Assembly: GCA_964579515.1 (NCBI GenBank)
Contig: CAZOHA010000009.1
Span: 41 to 64,040, forward strand
Direction: 5' to 3'
Length of the DNA stretch: 64,000 bases
Origin: an uncultured Bacteroides sp.
Lineage (GTDB): Bacteria; Bacteroidota; Bacteroidia; Bacteroidales; GCA-2748055
The position numbers were made by a program, and so were the translations under genes. Below, one piece after another: positions 62,176 through 64,000 of this stretch (positions are counted from its first letter, which is position 1; each line of letters opens with the position of its first letter). Under the pieces are notes generated by a model. The model was not told the DNA's origin. It saw only the letters and a list, made by a program, of their open reading frames with translations, and ran no database searches.

Positions 62176-64000
62176 TTAATCGCCGCAGGCTTCCGACAGC
62201 GCGCCGAAGGCCTGGAGGATCCTTTTGGCCATGAGGATGTCTCCGGTGTAAACGGTGAACTCATCCACAAAATCATCCACCTCGCCGTTTTCGTAGGGCT
62301 TGATCAGATCCTCCCCGCCGGAGGTCTTCAGGTGGACCTCAACGAGCTCACCGTCGACCGAAAAATCCGAATCTCCCCCGTCGATATCGGAAGCGATGAA
62401 CTCCCAGACAAACTTTTCGCTGACACCGTCGTCATCTGACTCGATCCTGCTGAAGCTGAGTTTGCAGTTATCTTCATCGGTGATCTCCAGCAGCTGCTCA
62501 TATTTCATTTCAGCAAGCTCCAGGTCGGTTATATGCTCCATGAGAAAAGCGAGTGATGCATCCCGGCCGGTGACAGGCGGCTGAACGGCCGAAGTGTCGG
62601 TCTTCAGGAAACGGATGGCAGCCATGAAATTCTTTGCCACCAGGGGATCGGAGAAAAAGACCTCCACTTCATCCTCGAAATCCTGAAGCTGTCCGTTCTC
62701 GAAACTCTTGATGTAATCGAATTTACCGGTTTCAAGATCCACATTCAACCTGCCGAAGCTCACATTGATCTCCAGATCGTCGAGCACCAGGTCCTCCGGA
62801 TAGATAAGATATCTGTTTTCGGTGATCTCTCCGTCATCTTCGGTCAGTTTCTGGGTGAACTCGATCCGGTTTTCCATTTCAGGATCCACCCAGAATTCCT
62901 GCTCATACTTCTCTCCTTCCCTGTATAAGGGAACCAGGTTCTGCATCATCCACCCGTTTACCTCCTCCGCTGTGGTAAATTCTGCGATATCTTCCTCACT
63001 CTGTCCGATGGCATATTCCCAGGCTTTGATCAGGTTCCTGGCCATATCAATGCCGTCTGCATGAAACTCAAGCGAGGAACCGTATCCCTCCACCGCATCG
63101 CCTTCCGATTCCTTGATGAAATCACGGTCGTTCCGGGTCTCCATCTCCACGGTAATCTCATCTCTTGAAACCTCCAGCTCAAGCTTATCCGACATGTCGG
63201 CCAGGTAAAACGAATAGGTCATCTCTTCAGTCTCCCCGTCCGAATCCGTCTCCCCCACGGTAAGATCGACGATCCCTGAGGGAGAATCCTCAAATTCAAG
63301 ACTGTGGGAATAAATGTCATCGCCCGCTTTCACCTCTCCCAGGTGTTCCTTCACATATCCCAGAGCTTCTTCATAACTGCTCCATTCGGGTCGCCGGACA
63401 GTGGTGTTCTCAATAACATAGGCGAGGGCATGTACGATCTGCCGGGCTACATCGATTTCACTGGCATAGATTCTCACCTCATCGGTATACTCCTTTTCCC
63501 CGGAGGAATGGACCTCGATGTAATCTTTACCGTCCCTGACCGGGACCTCCACATACTTCGAGCTGCCTGAAACGGAAAGACGGACAGAAGAGGGCTCGAT
63601 ATCGGTGAGATCGAACAGGTATTCGAACGACTCCTGCTCTCCCTTGTCGTCGGTGGAGGTGGAGGATAGCCTTACCAGGTGAGGCTTCTCTCCGGCCTGA
63701 AAACGTTGTTCCCATTGAATATCGTCATCGACCGCCTCGCCGACATACTCTTTCAGCCAGTCATAAGCAGCCTGCCGGTTTTCCCATGCGATCCGGGATG
63801 CATCACAATTCCCGATCTGTTCCCGCAACGCTTCTATGAAACCCCGGGTCAGGTCCACTTCGTTCATATACATCTCGATCTCATCCGTATGCTCCTCGAA
63901 TTCACCCTCCTCGTAATAGGTTATGAATTTCTGAGAATTCCTGGTCTCCATGGTCAATTCAATCGATTTCCCCCTGGCATCGAAACGGATGGCCGAGGGA
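62176..64000 (-). CDS. Highly acidic repeat protein of unknown function (5' end outside the window)
   Basis: The reading frame is open from the window edge to the stop at 62176. The listed TTG at 63957 is not a real start, because the in-frame upstream codons read PSAIRFDARGKSIE without a stop. A roughly 140-aa module recurs five times. Confidence 0.75.
   Translation of the reverse strand, partial: PSAIRFDARGKSIELTMETRNSQKFITYYEEGEFEEHTDEIEMYMNEVDLTRGFIEALREQIGNCDASRIAWENRQAAYDWLKEYVGEAVDDDIQWEQRFQAGEKPHLVRLSSTSTDDKGEQESFEYLFDLTDIEPSSVRLSVSGSSKYVEVPVRDGKDYIEVHSSGEKEYTDEVRIYASEIDVARQIVHALAYVIENTTVRRPEWSSYEEALGYVKEHLGEVKAGDDIYSHSLEFEDSPSGIVDLTVGETDSDGETEEMTYSFYLADMSDKLELEVSRDEITVEMETRNDRDFIKESEGDAVEGYGSSLEFHADGIDMARNLIKAWEYAIGQSEEDIAEFTTAEEVNGWMMQNLVPLYREGEKYEQEFWVDPEMENRIEFTQKLTEDDGEITENRYLIYPEDLVLDDLEINVSFGRLNVDLETGKFDYIKSFENGQLQDFEDEVEVFFSDPLVAKNFMAAIRFLKTDTSAVQPPVTGRDASLAFLMEHITDLELAEMKYEQLLEITDEDNCKLSFSRIESDDDGVSEKFVWEFIASDIDGGDSDFSVDGELVEVHLKTSGGEDLIKPYENGEVDDFVDEFTVYTGDILMAKRILQAFGALSEACGD

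Noticed and set aside
1-64000. Search for mobile elements, prophage, toxin-antitoxin, restriction-modification or other defence systems
   Set aside because: I saw no transposase, integrase, recombinase, phage structural, nuclease/helicase or methyltransferase signatures in any frame, and no terminal inverted repeats flanking a compositional island. The single tRNA has no adjacent integrase.

Overview
This 64-kb window is GC-rich, with a strong third-codon-position bias that generates many long antisense shadow ORFs. It most likely comes from a Bacteroidota/FCB-group genome. Seven proteins end in type-A T9SS C-terminal sorting domains, several genes have TAnnTTTG-type -7 boxes, and TonB-dependent receptors and glycan-degrading enzymes are abundant. 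I support about 45 protein-coding genes, one tRNA-Ala(CGC), two or three pseudogene remnants, a few intrinsic terminators and two short tandem repeats. I found no rRNA, CRISPR array, transposase, integrase or recognisable defence system. Housekeeping content is small: purK-purE, a SulP transporter with a beta-carbonic anhydrase, a peroxiredoxin, and MscS, CDF and MarC membrane proteins. The rest is accessory: a GH/sulfatase cluster with an AGE-GH26 fusion, two TBDR loci without SusD, and T9SS cargo that includes a PQQ sugar dehydrogenase and a carboxylesterase. The most interesting locus is a tightly packed seven-gene minus-strand operon at 5261..13409. It encodes a PstS-like-domain/TM/GcvH-like fusion protein, a Tat-exported 4x[4Fe-4S] NrfC/HybA-like protein and an NrfD-like quinone-interacting membrane protein. 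These are followed by a second membrane-anchored GcvH-like paralogue, a histidine kinase whose periplasmic loop carries CXXCH and CX4CH haem-c motifs, a sigma-54 (NtrC-type) response regulator and a bacterial archaemetzincin. No catalytic molybdopterin, hydrogenase or cytochrome subunit is present. I do not recognise this combination as a described complex. Other points worth a second look are a sulfatase interrupted by a single in-frame TAG, a TBDR co-transcribed with a TPR/coiled-coil/SpoIIE phosphatase, a very acidic protein built of five or more repeats, and a decayed DHFR-family gene whose 3' tail is tandemly amplified. All family assignments come from motif recognition by eye and no database search was run.
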